IMG/VR virus record: IMGVR_UViG_3300029183_000018
Location: 1 to 36,092 of that record
Source of the DNA: a virus
Lineage: Duplodnaviria > Caudoviricetes
Reading direction: 5' to 3' (one strand)
Length of the DNA stretch: 36,092 nt
Shown one piece after another: positions 8,411-17,479 of this stretch; the first letter of the stretch is position 1, and each line of letters begins with the position of its first letter. Both the position numbers and the translations under genes were made by a program. The notes beneath the pieces are model-generated. The model saw nothing but the letters and a program-made list of their open reading frames with translations, searched no databases and had not been told where the DNA came from.

Positions 8411-9211
8411 ATGATAAATCTATTTGTTCACATGCCTATCTGGGGCCGATCAGGCACAGTGGGGATGGTAGTGCAGCACTGGGAGCACATCAGGAAACAG
8501 CTTGAGGGCCAGGTTAATATCTGGCCTTTTGCTGTGGTTTCACCAGGTGATCCAGATCCAACAGATGTGGCATACCTGGGCCAGCTGGGGTGGGGCATCG
8601 TTCATGCGGATAATACCCCCCTGGGTGCCAAATGGAATAAGGGGTGGCAGGCCATAGGTGATGCCATGAATCCTGGTCAATCGGTTAGCTGTGCATTCAT
8701 GCAGATGGGATCTGATAACCTCGTGGGTGTGCCGTACATCATGGCAGCCCTGGCCAGGATCAGGATGGCAGTAACCAATATAAATGGGGTGGATCATGTG
8801 GGCCTGGATAGCTGCTTTTTCATAAACTCTGTGAATGGGGAAACTGTGATGTGTACAGCTGGAGGAAAGTGGGGCTATGGGCCGGCCAGGATGTTCAGTT
8901 TCAAGGCCATGAGGGGAATGAATTTCAAGCCATATCTGGATAAGAAAAATGGCAAAATGGATGCCCAGGTGGATCGTAGACTGGAGAGCATGAATGCTGT
9001 GGGATGTGTGCTCCCATCAGTTGCGGCCACCAGGATGGTGGTGGTAGATATCAAAGGGCCTGGCAGTAAAAACAGCTGGGATGCTGCAAAGCAGAGGAGG
9101 ATCCTGAGCAATGAGTGGAAACCCCAATCTCATGGGCTGATCCCCTTGCTGTTTCCTCACCTGAACTGGCCAGATTACATGATGATAGGAGGTGATGAAA
9201 ATGAGGGATAG
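8411..9211 (+). CDS. GT-A fold glycosyltransferase-like protein
   Basis: N-terminal VHMPIWGR, NTPLGAKWNKG and QMGSDNLV (DxD-equivalent position). Confidence 0.7.
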   Translation: MINLFVHMPIWGRSGTVGMVVQHWEHIRKQLEGQVNIWPFAVVSPGDPDPTDVAYLGQLGWGIVHADNTPLGAKWNKGWQAIGDAMNPGQSVSCAFMQMGSDNLVGVPYIMAALARIRMAVTNINGVDHVGLDSCFFINSVNGETVMCTAGGKWGYGPARMFSFKAMRGMNFKPYLDKKNGKMDAQVDRRLESMNAVGCVLPSVAATRMVVVDIKGPGSKNSWDAAKQRRILSNEWKPQSHGLIPLLFPHLNWPDYMMIGGDENEG

Positions 9212-9605
9212 CATACCTTTTGAGGAGCTAGATGTGGTGCACATGCCACTCCCTGGCCTGCCTGATGAAATGGTGGCCATTAGCTCCTGGTTTTATAATG
9301 ATGGTGTGGTGGAGTATCACCTGCAGCATGGCGAGGGAGCTGGCTGTATAGAGCTTGAAACTGAGCCCAATAAGGAGGCACTCAAGGAAGGTGTGGCCAG
9401 AATGGTAGAGCTGGTTAAGGAGCAGCTGGAGGCCATCAGCCACACCTGGTTCCTGTGGGAAATGCACCTGGGATGGAACTGGTATCTAAGGCTGGGATTT
9501 ATCTGCACTCATTGTGGCAGGCTGGAGGAGAGGCAGGGCCACCTGGTTCATGATATCAACTGGCTACAAACACCCAGGCATCTGGAGGCTCATCATGGAT
9601 CTTAA
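9192..9605 (+). CDS. hypothetical protein
   Basis: 137 aa, GGAGG upstream, coupled on both sides, CTHC motif near the C-terminus. Confidence 0.6.
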   Translation: MMKMRDSIPFEELDVVHMPLPGLPDEMVAISSWFYNDGVVEYHLQHGEGAGCIELETEPNKEALKEGVARMVELVKEQLEAISHTWFLWEMHLGWNWYLRLGFICTHCGRLEERQGHLVHDINWLQTPRHLEAHHGS

Positions 9606-10440
9606 TAATATTACGTTTTGCATTCCCACCTTTGAGAGGCCAGTGGAATGCCAGGGGGCCATCAATAACATCCTGAGCCTTTACCCCCAGGCCAGGATCG
9701 TGGTAGCTGATGATTCAGAAAGCCCCCAGGTTTTTGAGGGTATTGAGTATGGCATTGAGTGCCATCATGATGTGGGCATATCGTGGAAGCGTAACAAGCT
9801 GCTCAGAACAGTTCAAACTCCATACGTATTTTTAATGGATGATGATAACTATCTGCAGCCTGGTTCTGTTGAGGCCCTCTGTGCGGCCCTTGAGGATCGG
9901 CCCACCTTTGCCCTGGCCGGCATGGCTAAGCATGATATGGGCCGCAAGAGGTGGGCAAACTCAGAGGGAACCTACAAGCTCACGGGCACTCACCTGGTGA
10001 TCCAGAAACCCCAGGCCAGGGTGGGCCAATCCCAGGCCCTGCTGGTTAACCACCTGCCCATGTGTTTCCTGGCCAGGAGGGAGATCGTGGCTGATGTTGG
10101 TTTTGATGAGAGGTACAAAACCTGTGGAGAGCACACTGATTTTTTCCTGAGGCTGGCAGCTGCCAATGGGCACAGGGGTATCAGAACCAGAATAGGAGCT
10201 ATGAACCTCCAGAGAGAGGGTGATGGCCCCACTGAGTTTAAGAGCTACAGGGGCCAGGCCGGCTGCCTGTTTGTGCCAGGCCCTTACTTTGTGGATACTG
10301 CCAGTAGAAACCCCACTTTCAAAAAGGCCAGATCCAGGGGATCCAGATACAGAAAGCAGATGATGGCCAGGTGGGGATTTCAGGGGATTAGATCATGGGC
10401 CAATGGCAAGGGCCGGCATGTGTATGAGGTGAGGGGATGA
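9595..10440 (+). CDS. glycosyltransferase, GT2/GT12-like (paralog 1)
   Basis: CIPTFER, VVADDS, VFLMDDD, GFDERY, GEHTDFFLR; ATG at 9595 with GGAGG upstream. Confidence 0.88.
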   Translation: MDLNNITFCIPTFERPVECQGAINNILSLYPQARIVVADDSESPQVFEGIEYGIECHHDVGISWKRNKLLRTVQTPYVFLMDDDNYLQPGSVEALCAALEDRPTFALAGMAKHDMGRKRWANSEGTYKLTGTHLVIQKPQARVGQSQALLVNHLPMCFLARREIVADVGFDERYKTCGEHTDFFLRLAAANGHRGIRTRIGAMNLQREGDGPTEFKSYRGQAGCLFVPGPYFVDTASRNPTFKKARSRGSRYRKQMMARWGFQGIRSWANGKGRHVYEVRG

Positions 10441-11069
10441 TGGAGAGAAAGCTGATAATAGGCTGTGGAGCTGGCCGTACTGGAACCAGCAGCCTGGCAT
10501 ACCTCCTGAACATGCAACCTGATGCCCATGTTACCCATGAGAGAGCCACCCATAAATTTCACTGGGGCAAACCAGAGAGGTGGTTTAACAAGCTGCATGC
10601 AGAGTGGCAACAGGATCCAGGTGGCCTACATGGTGATGTGGCTCTGCAGTGGGGCAGCTCCCTCAGATACGTTCTGAATCGTGGTGCCAGAGTGGTGGTA
10701 TTTAAGAGAGATCTGGAGCCCTGGCTGGTATCATGGAAACACAAAAGTGGGCCCAGGAATAACTGGCAGCCAGAGGGAGAGGGTGGAACACCCAGGGCAA
10801 ACTGGTGGCCATGCTTTCCTAAGTTCAATGGGGCCAGTTCAAAAAAAGAGGCTCTCACCAGGTACTGGGAAATGTACTATAACCACATTGTGCCAGATGC
10901 CCAGGCTGATTGGCCAGAGGATGTGGGCCTGTTTTATGTTGAGTGCCTCAACACTGAGGCCGGCCAGAGGAGGCTGCTGGATTTCTGCCAGGTGCCCACG
11001 GGTGCTCAGGTGATAAAGCCAGGGCTCAGAAGAAACAAGGGCCGGCAGAGAAGGCGCAAACCTAAATAA
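10437..11069 (+). CDS. PAPS-dependent sulfotransferase
   Basis: 5'-phosphosulfate loop IIGCGAGRTGTSSL; 3'-phosphate-binding VVFKRDLEPWLVS; C-terminal RLLDFC. Confidence 0.8.
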   Translation: MMERKLIIGCGAGRTGTSSLAYLLNMQPDAHVTHERATHKFHWGKPERWFNKLHAEWQQDPGGLHGDVALQWGSSLRYVLNRGARVVVFKRDLEPWLVSWKHKSGPRNNWQPEGEGGTPRANWWPCFPKFNGASSKKEALTRYWEMYYNHIVPDAQADWPEDVGLFYVECLNTEAGQRRLLDFCQVPTGAQVIKPGLRRNKGRQRRRKPK

Positions 11070-11129
11070 ATTAGGCTGCAGATATGTAAAGTACATGTGG
11101 CGGCCGCGCGATCGCAGCTGGGCGCCACT
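11059..11129. repeat. Intergenic element copy A (AACCTAAATAAATTAGG ... TACATG ... AGCTGGGCGCCACT)
   Basis: 17-bp and 14-bp blocks are identical at 25254-25270 and 25322-25335. Confidence 0.8.
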
Positions 11130-11210
11130 CATTAAATAAAGTGATTCAGTGAGTTTACTTAAAAAAGTTCTGGACCTGTTGGCCGTTTTAATCATAGTCT
11201 ACCTGGCAGG

Positions 11211-12062
11211 ATGCCCGATACCATGAACTGGATAAAAGATGTGGCTTTCCTGGTTAAGGTTTTTGAGAGGCCAGGGCCAGCCACAAAGTGTATCAACAGC
11301 ATCAGGAGACTCTGGCCAGGTGCCAGGATTTACGTGGCCGATGATTCCAGGGTGCCCCTGGATCTGCCAATGGCTTACTCATACACCAGGCTCCCCTATG
11401 ATGTAGGCTGCTCAGCTGGCAGGAATGCTCTGATCCAGGCAAGTAGCGAGCCCTATGTGGTACAGGTGGATGATGATTATGTGTTTACAGAGGCCGTGGA
11501 TATCGGGAGAATGGTACAGCTACTGGAGGATCATGATGAACTGGTGCTGGCCGGCTGTAAATGCAGGCACATCAGGAGCAAGGTGAGGGCCGGCTGGACT
11601 AAGTATTTTGCAGATGTTAGGCTGGAGGGTGCCAAGCTCATAGCAGATAGGCCCACCAGGTGGCATGATGAGCCAGATGGATTGAGATGGGCCCAGGTGG
11701 ATGTGGTGAGTAATTTCTGGGTGGCAAAGAGGAGGCTCTTTGAATACGTGATGTGGGATGAGAGGTTGATTATAGGAGGGGAACACGCTGATTTTTTCCA
11801 GAGGCTGCAGGCTGCCAATGGTGATAAAACCATGATGAGGAGAATGTGGGCCAGGCTGATGCAGCCAGGGCTCAGCCCTCAGCTTACTCTGGCTAACCCT
11901 GGGATGATGCAAGTGGCATTTATCCCATCCATGCATATTGATCACATTAAGAAACGGCCACCAGGTTATCAGGCAAAAAGGAAAAGGGATCGAACCTATG
12001 AGGCAATGTATCGGGAGATGTGGGGAATCACGCGCGTGGATAGATGGAGGAAAAGAAGATGA
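11211..12062 (+). CDS. glycosyltransferase, GT2/GT12-like (paralog 2)
   Basis: LVKVFER, YVADDS, SAGRNAL, QVDDDYVFT, WDERL, GEHADFFQR. Confidence 0.88.
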   Translation: MPDTMNWIKDVAFLVKVFERPGPATKCINSIRRLWPGARIYVADDSRVPLDLPMAYSYTRLPYDVGCSAGRNALIQASSEPYVVQVDDDYVFTEAVDIGRMVQLLEDHDELVLAGCKCRHIRSKVRAGWTKYFADVRLEGAKLIADRPTRWHDEPDGLRWAQVDVVSNFWVAKRRLFEYVMWDERLIIGGEHADFFQRLQAANGDKTMMRRMWARLMQPGLSPQLTLANPGMMQVAFIPSMHIDHIKKRPPGYQAKRKRDRTYEAMYREMWGITRVDRWRKRR

Positions 12063-12886
12063 ATTTAATGCAGGCATACACTGGCCATCCACGGCCCCTG
12101 GCTCTATCCCACAGGCTCATCCTTTATTCACGCAAGGCTCACACATCATCTGATGCAAAGCTGAGGGCAGAGTGGCTGGGGGTGGATCTGGCAAAGAGGG
12201 CGGGTGAGGTGGCCTATGTTAAAACTGGCCTGGCCCTGTTCAAGGCACAGAAAGAGGATACCCTGAAAAGGCTGCATGATCTGCCAGGGTTAAAGGCTGA
12301 TTTTGATATGGCCATGCAGATCTTTGATCTCCAGAGATGGTATCAGGAAACTGTGGATCAGTATGGCCCCCTGGTGGCCAGGAGCATTGTGCAGGGCTAC
12401 AGAACAGGAGCAGAGAGAGTGGGCTTTGATGTGGATTTTCCAGCTGGTGATACCAGGGCTAGGGCTGTGGCCCTTGAGGTTCTGGAGAAAACCAGAGGGA
12501 TGAATGATACCACGGTTAAGCTCCTGGCCAAACAGCTGGGGGATGGTGTGGAGAATGGTGAGAATGTGGCCAAGCTGGCCAAACGTGTTGAGGCTGTTTT
12601 TGGAGTGGCTCCATCCAGGGCCCGAACCATAGCCCAAACAGCTGCCACTCCAGTTTTTGAATCTGGCCAGCACCTGGCTTTTACAGATGCTGGGATTCTT
12701 GAGAGGGCCTGGCTAACCAGGAGGGATGGGGATGTGAGGCCAGGGCATGCTGAGGCCGATGGCCAGGAGGTGAAAATAGATGAGCCTTTTATTGTAGATG
12801 GTGAATCTCTTATGTATCCTGGTGATGTTACTGGATCGGCCTCAAACGTCATTAATTGCAGATGTACCGTGATAGGCAAGTTATGA
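12059..12886 (+). CDS. MuF / SPP1 gp7-like head morphogenesis protein
   Basis: RARTIAQT, WLTRRDGDVRPGH, DEPFIVDGESLMYPGD, VINCRC. Confidence 0.88.
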   Translation: MNLMQAYTGHPRPLALSHRLILYSRKAHTSSDAKLRAEWLGVDLAKRAGEVAYVKTGLALFKAQKEDTLKRLHDLPGLKADFDMAMQIFDLQRWYQETVDQYGPLVARSIVQGYRTGAERVGFDVDFPAGDTRARAVALEVLEKTRGMNDTTVKLLAKQLGDGVENGENVAKLAKRVEAVFGVAPSRARTIAQTAATPVFESGQHLAFTDAGILERAWLTRRDGDVRPGHAEADGQEVKIDEPFIVDGESLMYPGDVTGSASNVINCRCTVIGKL

Positions 12887-13083
12887 GTGATTTTAAAAAC
12901 GGGAAACCTACCACCAGCCAATCCAGTAAGGTGGAGCAGCTGATGGCCCTCCTGGGTGAGATCCTGGATGAGGAAACAGTTGTTCAGCTGCAGGGTGGCA
13001 AGGTGATGGAATTTAAAAAGGTGGATGCAGATAAAACCAGCTTTTACGTGGATGTTTTAGTAAGGATGAAATTGGATCCATGA
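12883..13083 (+). CDS. small hypothetical protein
   Basis: ATGA overlaps at both ends. Confidence 0.55.
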   Translation: MSDFKNGKPTTSQSSKVEQLMALLGEILDEETVVQLQGGKVMEFKKVDADKTSFYVDVLVRMKLDP

Positions 13084-13424
13084 GTGTACAGCAAACAGAT
13101 ACCAGGCCGATCAACCCCCAGCTCCAGCACCTGGTGGCAACATACCAGGCCCAGGGCCGGATCATCGTATGCATCAGGATGGCTCCAATGGATGTGGCCA
13201 GGCTGGCTGGTGAGCTTGGTATATATCTCCCACAGAAACCCAGGGAGATCAGAATAGGCAGGAAGGTAATCAGGAGCCTGGTGTGGGATCTTAAAAATGG
13301 TTACATTCTCCAGAGTTCAGCTGGCCCCATTCAGGTGATGCCAGATTTATCAGTTATCCCTGGCCACATTGAGCTGGCAGATGCTCAGGGCATCCCACTC
13401 TATGGCCTGCAAAAAAATAATTAG
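13080..13424 (+). CDS. hypothetical protein
   Basis: 114-aa coupled ORF. Confidence 0.6.
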   Translation: MSVQQTDTRPINPQLQHLVATYQAQGRIIVCIRMAPMDVARLAGELGIYLPQKPREIRIGRKVIRSLVWDLKNGYILQSSAGPIQVMPDLSVIPGHIELADAQGIPLYGLQKNN

Positions 13425-13427
13425 ATC

Positions 13428-13682
13428 ATGAAACTGGATAAAACTTTACTCAGTGGCCTGGCTGTTACCCTGCTCAGCGTGGTGCTTCCCTGGCTGCTCA
13501 GCCTGGTGGGCCTCACGGTGGACCTCATTAGCCTGGCTGATGGCATCCTAACCCTGAGGGAGCTTATTGCCCTGGCCGGCCTCGTGCTAACGGCCTGGAG
13601 TAAATCGGGTCAAACCCAGATCAGGCTCCTCACTCTGGGTGAGCTACGCACTAAGCAGTGGCTGGCCAGGAGAGCTGCCTGA
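13428..13682 (+). CDS. small membrane protein (possible holin)
   Basis: Two hydrophobic segments and a basic C-terminus. Confidence 0.55.
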   Translation: MKLDKTLLSGLAVTLLSVVLPWLLSLVGLTVDLISLADGILTLRELIALAGLVLTAWSKSGQTQIRLLTLGELRTKQWLARRAA

Positions 13683-13773
13683 ATAACGTAACAAAATTCA
13701 GGGCTCCTGGAACTGGGCCCGATATCTCCACTATATTCCTCCCAGGTAACACTGGGTAAAAGTTCCAAGAACT

Positions 13774-13805
13774 GGCCGGCCTGGTGTTGAGGGCCGGCCT
13801 TTTTT
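13774..13805 (+). terminator. intrinsic terminator just upstream of the prohead protease
   Basis: GGCCGGCC-N10-GGCCGGCC stem followed by TTTTTT. Confidence 0.7.
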
Positions 13806-13819
13806 AATGCACCTCACTT

Positions 13820-14533
13820 ATGGATATCATATATAAAGATTCTGGCCAGATTGCAGATATCTCCCACCTGGATGGCATCGTGGTTCTTTACGCTGCAGCC
13901 TTTGGAAACATGGATTCTCATGGGGATATCTTCATGCCTGGGGCCTTTAAGAAAACGATCCAGGAGCAGGGCCCACGTGGATCCAATAGAATTAAAATGC
14001 TATGGATGCACTGGTGGGATGAGCTGCTGGGTGTGCCCCTTGAGCTGGAGGAGGATGATGTGGGCCTGAGGGTTGTGAGCAAAGTGAGTAAAACACAGCT
14101 GGGCAGGGATGCCCTGATCCTGTATGATGATGGTGTGATCACTGAGCATTCAGTAGGCATCAGTGCTGTGATACGTGAGGAGGATGAGGTGGGCAACACA
14201 GCCCAGATCAAGGAGGCCAGGCTGTGGGAATATAGTCCAGTTACCTGGGGGGCCAATCCCCTAACACCAACCGTGGATGTAAAGAGTGCCCTGGGCCGTG
14301 AGGCATCGGCAACGATCCCCACACCCCTTGAGGTGCAAATTAAAAATGCTGGCCGTGCCCTGCACACCAGTAATATATCAGATGAGTTAGGCCGAAAAAT
14401 TGAGAGCTGGCTGAAACTCGCAAAAGGAGAAGCCACCCCAGAGGAGCTGGGGCCGGATGCGCCTAAACTGGATAGCTCCCTGGAGGAGCTTGTTCTGCTC
14501 TCTCAATCGTATTTAGTAAATCTAACCATCTAA
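13820..14533 (+). CDS. HK97-family prohead protease
   Basis: YAAAFGNMDSHGDIFMPGAF, MLWMH, EHSVG, LWEYSPVTWGANP. Confidence 0.92.
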   Translation: MDIIYKDSGQIADISHLDGIVVLYAAAFGNMDSHGDIFMPGAFKKTIQEQGPRGSNRIKMLWMHWWDELLGVPLELEEDDVGLRVVSKVSKTQLGRDALILYDDGVITEHSVGISAVIREEDEVGNTAQIKEARLWEYSPVTWGANPLTPTVDVKSALGREASATIPTPLEVQIKNAGRALHTSNISDELGRKIESWLKLAKGEATPEELGPDAPKLDSSLEELVLLSQSYLVNLTI

Positions 14534-14537
14534 GAAA

Positions 14538-15863
14538 ATGCCAGAACCTACAACGGTAGAAAAATTGCAGAAGAACCTCCATGATATCATGGAGAAACTG
14601 GAGCCCCGAATTAAGGAGCTTGAGGAGGGCCAGAAAGGAGCTGCTGAGGATAAGGAGATCGTGGCCAAAATGTCAGAGGATAATGCTGGTTTTGTGGATC
14701 AGCTAAAGGCCATCCAGGAGGCAGCACAAACGGCCTCAGAGGATATGGATGCCCTCAAAGAAGATCTCACCAAACGGCTGGCCCAGGTTGGAAATTCTCA
14801 ATCAGCTGCATTCAAAACAGCCGGCCTATCTCTCTATGAGATGATGAAGGCCGATGATCAGGAGAACCCTGCACCATTCAAGAACCTCAGCAGAAAACAA
14901 GGCTCTGGCCTTTTCGAGTTTGAACGTTGGGGCCTGGATCAGAAAAGCCGGCTCAACATCCCCCTCATCGTACCGCCCACAGCCGGCCAAACAAAGGCCA
15001 TCACAAATGCCTCAGGCAGTGCTGGTGATACCGTGGATTACATGCGGGTCCCTGGGATTATCGGCCCAGGTGAGCGTGCCCTGATCGTTCGGGATCTCAT
15101 CCCATCAGGCACCACCCAATCCGATACGGTTCGTTTCGTTCGGGAAACTGCCCTCACTGATGCAGCTGCACCCCAGGCCGGCCAGGGAGTGGATAAAGGG
15201 GAATCTGATTTTGATTTCACGGCGGCCACTGCAACGGTTCAAACCATTGCTCACTATGTGGTTATTGCCACCCAGCTCCTGGATGATGCTGTGGGCCTGC
15301 AGAGTTACATCGATGGCCGTATGCGCTACCTCTTACTCCTGGAGGAGGAGGATCAGCTGCTCAATGGTGATGGCACTGGCCAGAACCTCTCAGGCATCAA
15401 CACCCAGGCCACTGCATACGACAGCTCTCTGGAGGCCACTTTGGGGCTCAGCTCTCCCACGGATATTGATATTCTGAGGGTGGCCATGTACCAGGTGGTA
15501 GCATCTGAGTATCCTCCCACTGGGATCGTGCTTAACCCTCTGGATTGGGCAGGCATCGAACTCACGAAAGATTCTCAGGGCCGTTACATTTTCTCTAATC
15601 CTCAGGCAGCTGCCCAGCCACGTATGTGGGGCCTCCCCTGCGCTGTATCGCTGAGCCAGCCTGCAGGTGAGTTCACTGTTGGATCATTCGCCCTGGGTGC
15701 TCAGATCTGGGATCGGATGAGCGCAGCTATCGCAATCTCCACAGAGGATTCTGATAACTTTCGTAAGAACCTGGCCACGATGAGGGCAGAGCTACGGGAG
15801 GCATTGACTGTATACCGTACCCTGGCCTTTGTTAATGGGCCGTTCGCTGGATCGGGCTCCTAA
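14538..15863 (+). CDS. major capsid protein, HK97 family (ends AGSGS)
   Basis: Coiled-coil delta domain, VRDLIP, EEEDQLLNGDGTG, LNPLDW, KDSQGRYI, RMWGLP, FRKNLATMRAE. Confidence 0.95.
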   Translation: MPEPTTVEKLQKNLHDIMEKLEPRIKELEEGQKGAAEDKEIVAKMSEDNAGFVDQLKAIQEAAQTASEDMDALKEDLTKRLAQVGNSQSAAFKTAGLSLYEMMKADDQENPAPFKNLSRKQGSGLFEFERWGLDQKSRLNIPLIVPPTAGQTKAITNASGSAGDTVDYMRVPGIIGPGERALIVRDLIPSGTTQSDTVRFVRETALTDAAAPQAGQGVDKGESDFDFTAATATVQTIAHYVVIATQLLDDAVGLQSYIDGRMRYLLLLEEEDQLLNGDGTGQNLSGINTQATAYDSSLEATLGLSSPTDIDILRVAMYQVVASEYPPTGIVLNPLDWAGIELTKDSQGRYIFSNPQAAAQPRMWGLPCAVSLSQPAGEFTVGSFALGAQIWDRMSAAIAISTEDSDNFRKNLATMRAELREALTVYRTLAFVNGPFAGSGS

Positions 15864-15886
15864 GCCTGCACCTGTGTGATCGTATC

Positions 15887-15926
15887 CAGGCCGGCTGGGG
15901 GTTCCCCTCTGGCCGGCCTGTTTGTT
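15887..15926 (+). terminator. hairpin/terminator after the capsid gene
   Basis: CAGGCCGGC...GCCGGCCTG stem followed by TTTGTT. Confidence 0.6.
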
Positions 15927-15940
15927 ACCAGTGATTAGTT

Positions 15941-17479
15941 ATGAGAAATAAGACCATAGATCTGCTGGCCCATGAGCGGCATTTTTTTGATCACCTGATG
16001 CCAATGTTCCTGGCCCTCCCTGAGGAGAACAGGGGTGAGATAATTACCAGGCAGGCACTAGGGGCTCATGTTCTTTCCATGCTGAAAGGTGCTGATGTGC
16101 AGGTGAGAACCTATGCACAGAGGGGCCACGTGAGGGGCATGATACAGGGCAAGGGAAACCTGATGCTGGTATCATCCAGCGGGGATCTGGCCACCAGCTG
16201 GAAAGCTGGCAGGTGGGCAGTGTTCACACAGCATGGTGCTGGCCAGAGCTTTGTAAGGAAAAGCCCATCCTATGCCGGCTGGCCCCATCATAAAAACGTG
16301 GCCATGTTCATACACCCTGGCCCAGATCCAGCTGCCAAAGATGCGGCCATTTATGGTGGTGAACGGGTGAGGATCGTGGGGTGCCCCAAAATGGATCCCT
16401 GGCATGCGGGTCACTTAACTCATGAGCCCGCTGAGAACGGCCTACCCAATGTGGTTGTATCATCTCACTGGGATTGCAAAGCGATACCAGAAACCAGATC
16501 CACGTTTTTCCATATGCTCCCTGGATTCCAGGAGCTGGCCGCACTCAATGGTGTTGAGTTCAACCTGTATGGCCACGGCCATCCCAGGGCTCTCCATCAG
16601 TACCAGCCTGAGTATAAAAAACGTGGGATCCAGGTAATCAAAAAATTCCAGGATGTTCTGAGGGTCGGTGATCTATATATCATGGATCAGATGAGTACCC
16701 TCTATGAGTTTGCATCTGCTGGGGCCCAGGGATATGGCCGGCCTGTGGTGGTTATGAATGCACCATTTTACAGGAAGAAGGTAAACCACGGCCTCAGATT
16801 CTGGGATGCTGCCCAGGTGGGCATCAACATCTGGCAGCCAGGAGAGATGGTGGATGCAGCCAGGAGAGCCCTCCAGGATGCCCCAGAACAGCAGCAAGCC
16901 AGGAGGGATGCCATAGATCAGGTTTATGCCTATACTGATGGCAGGGCTGCGGAGAGAGCAGCCAGAGCCATCATGGAGGCCATCCACTCACACAGGGGTG
17001 GCACTTCTATCACTAAACGTAAAACCAGAAAGAGAGTAATTAAGATGAGCTTTTTTCAACGCAAACAGGTAGCACTCAAAGCCGTTGTAAGGATCAGGAA
17101 TTACAAACGTGGCCACACACCCAAAGGTGGCCAGATCACCCAGGGCATCGATGCCAGGAGAGGCCGGCTGTTCTTTACTGATGAGGATCATGCCCAGGAG
17201 CTGGTGGCGCAAAATGCTGCAACGCTTGCACCAGAGCACGCATTCCCAGGTTATGAGGAGCAGCCCCAACCCATTGAGGTACTCACTGAGGCCAACCTGC
17301 CAGAGACTGAGGTTAAACCAGCTGGTGGTGGATATTATGAGCTGGTGGTGGATGGCCATGTGCAGGGCAAGTACCGTGGAAAAAAAGCAGCTGAGGCCAT
17401 CGAAGATAAATTCATTGAGAACTGGAAAGATGAGAACCTGCCAGGGCACCAGGCAGAAGAAGAAACAGAGGAGAATTAA
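15941..17479 (+). CDS. GT-B fold protein (CDP-glycerol glycerophosphotransferase-like) with a ~145-aa C-terminal extension
   Basis: HFFDHLMP, FTQHG, VGCPKMD, HGHPR, DLYIMDQMSTLYEF, RPVVVMN, TDGRAAERAA; distinct C-terminal region from ~17045. Confidence 0.75.
   Translation: MRNKTIDLLAHERHFFDHLMPMFLALPEENRGEIITRQALGAHVLSMLKGADVQVRTYAQRGHVRGMIQGKGNLMLVSSSGDLATSWKAGRWAVFTQHGAGQSFVRKSPSYAGWPHHKNVAMFIHPGPDPAAKDAAIYGGERVRIVGCPKMDPWHAGHLTHEPAENGLPNVVVSSHWDCKAIPETRSTFFHMLPGFQELAALNGVEFNLYGHGHPRALHQYQPEYKKRGIQVIKKFQDVLRVGDLYIMDQMSTLYEFASAGAQGYGRPVVVMNAPFYRKKVNHGLRFWDAAQVGINIWQPGEMVDAARRALQDAPEQQQARRDAIDQVYAYTDGRAAERAARAIMEAIHSHRGGTSITKRKTRKRVIKMSFFQRKQVALKAVVRIRNYKRGHTPKGGQITQGIDARRGRLFFTDEDHAQELVAQNAATLAPEHAFPGYEEQPQPIEVLTEANLPETEVKPAGGGYYELVVDGHVQGKYRGKKAAEAIEDKFIENWKDENLPGHQAEEETEEN

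Noticed and set aside
11108-11115. GCGATCGC as evidence of a cyanobacterial HIP1-type host
   Set aside because: I saw only this one copy; HIP1 signatures are highly iterated.
12581-12593. AAACGTGTTGAGG matching part of the early leader inside the MuF gene
   Set aside because: Single box in coding sequence with no flanking leader elements; probably chance.
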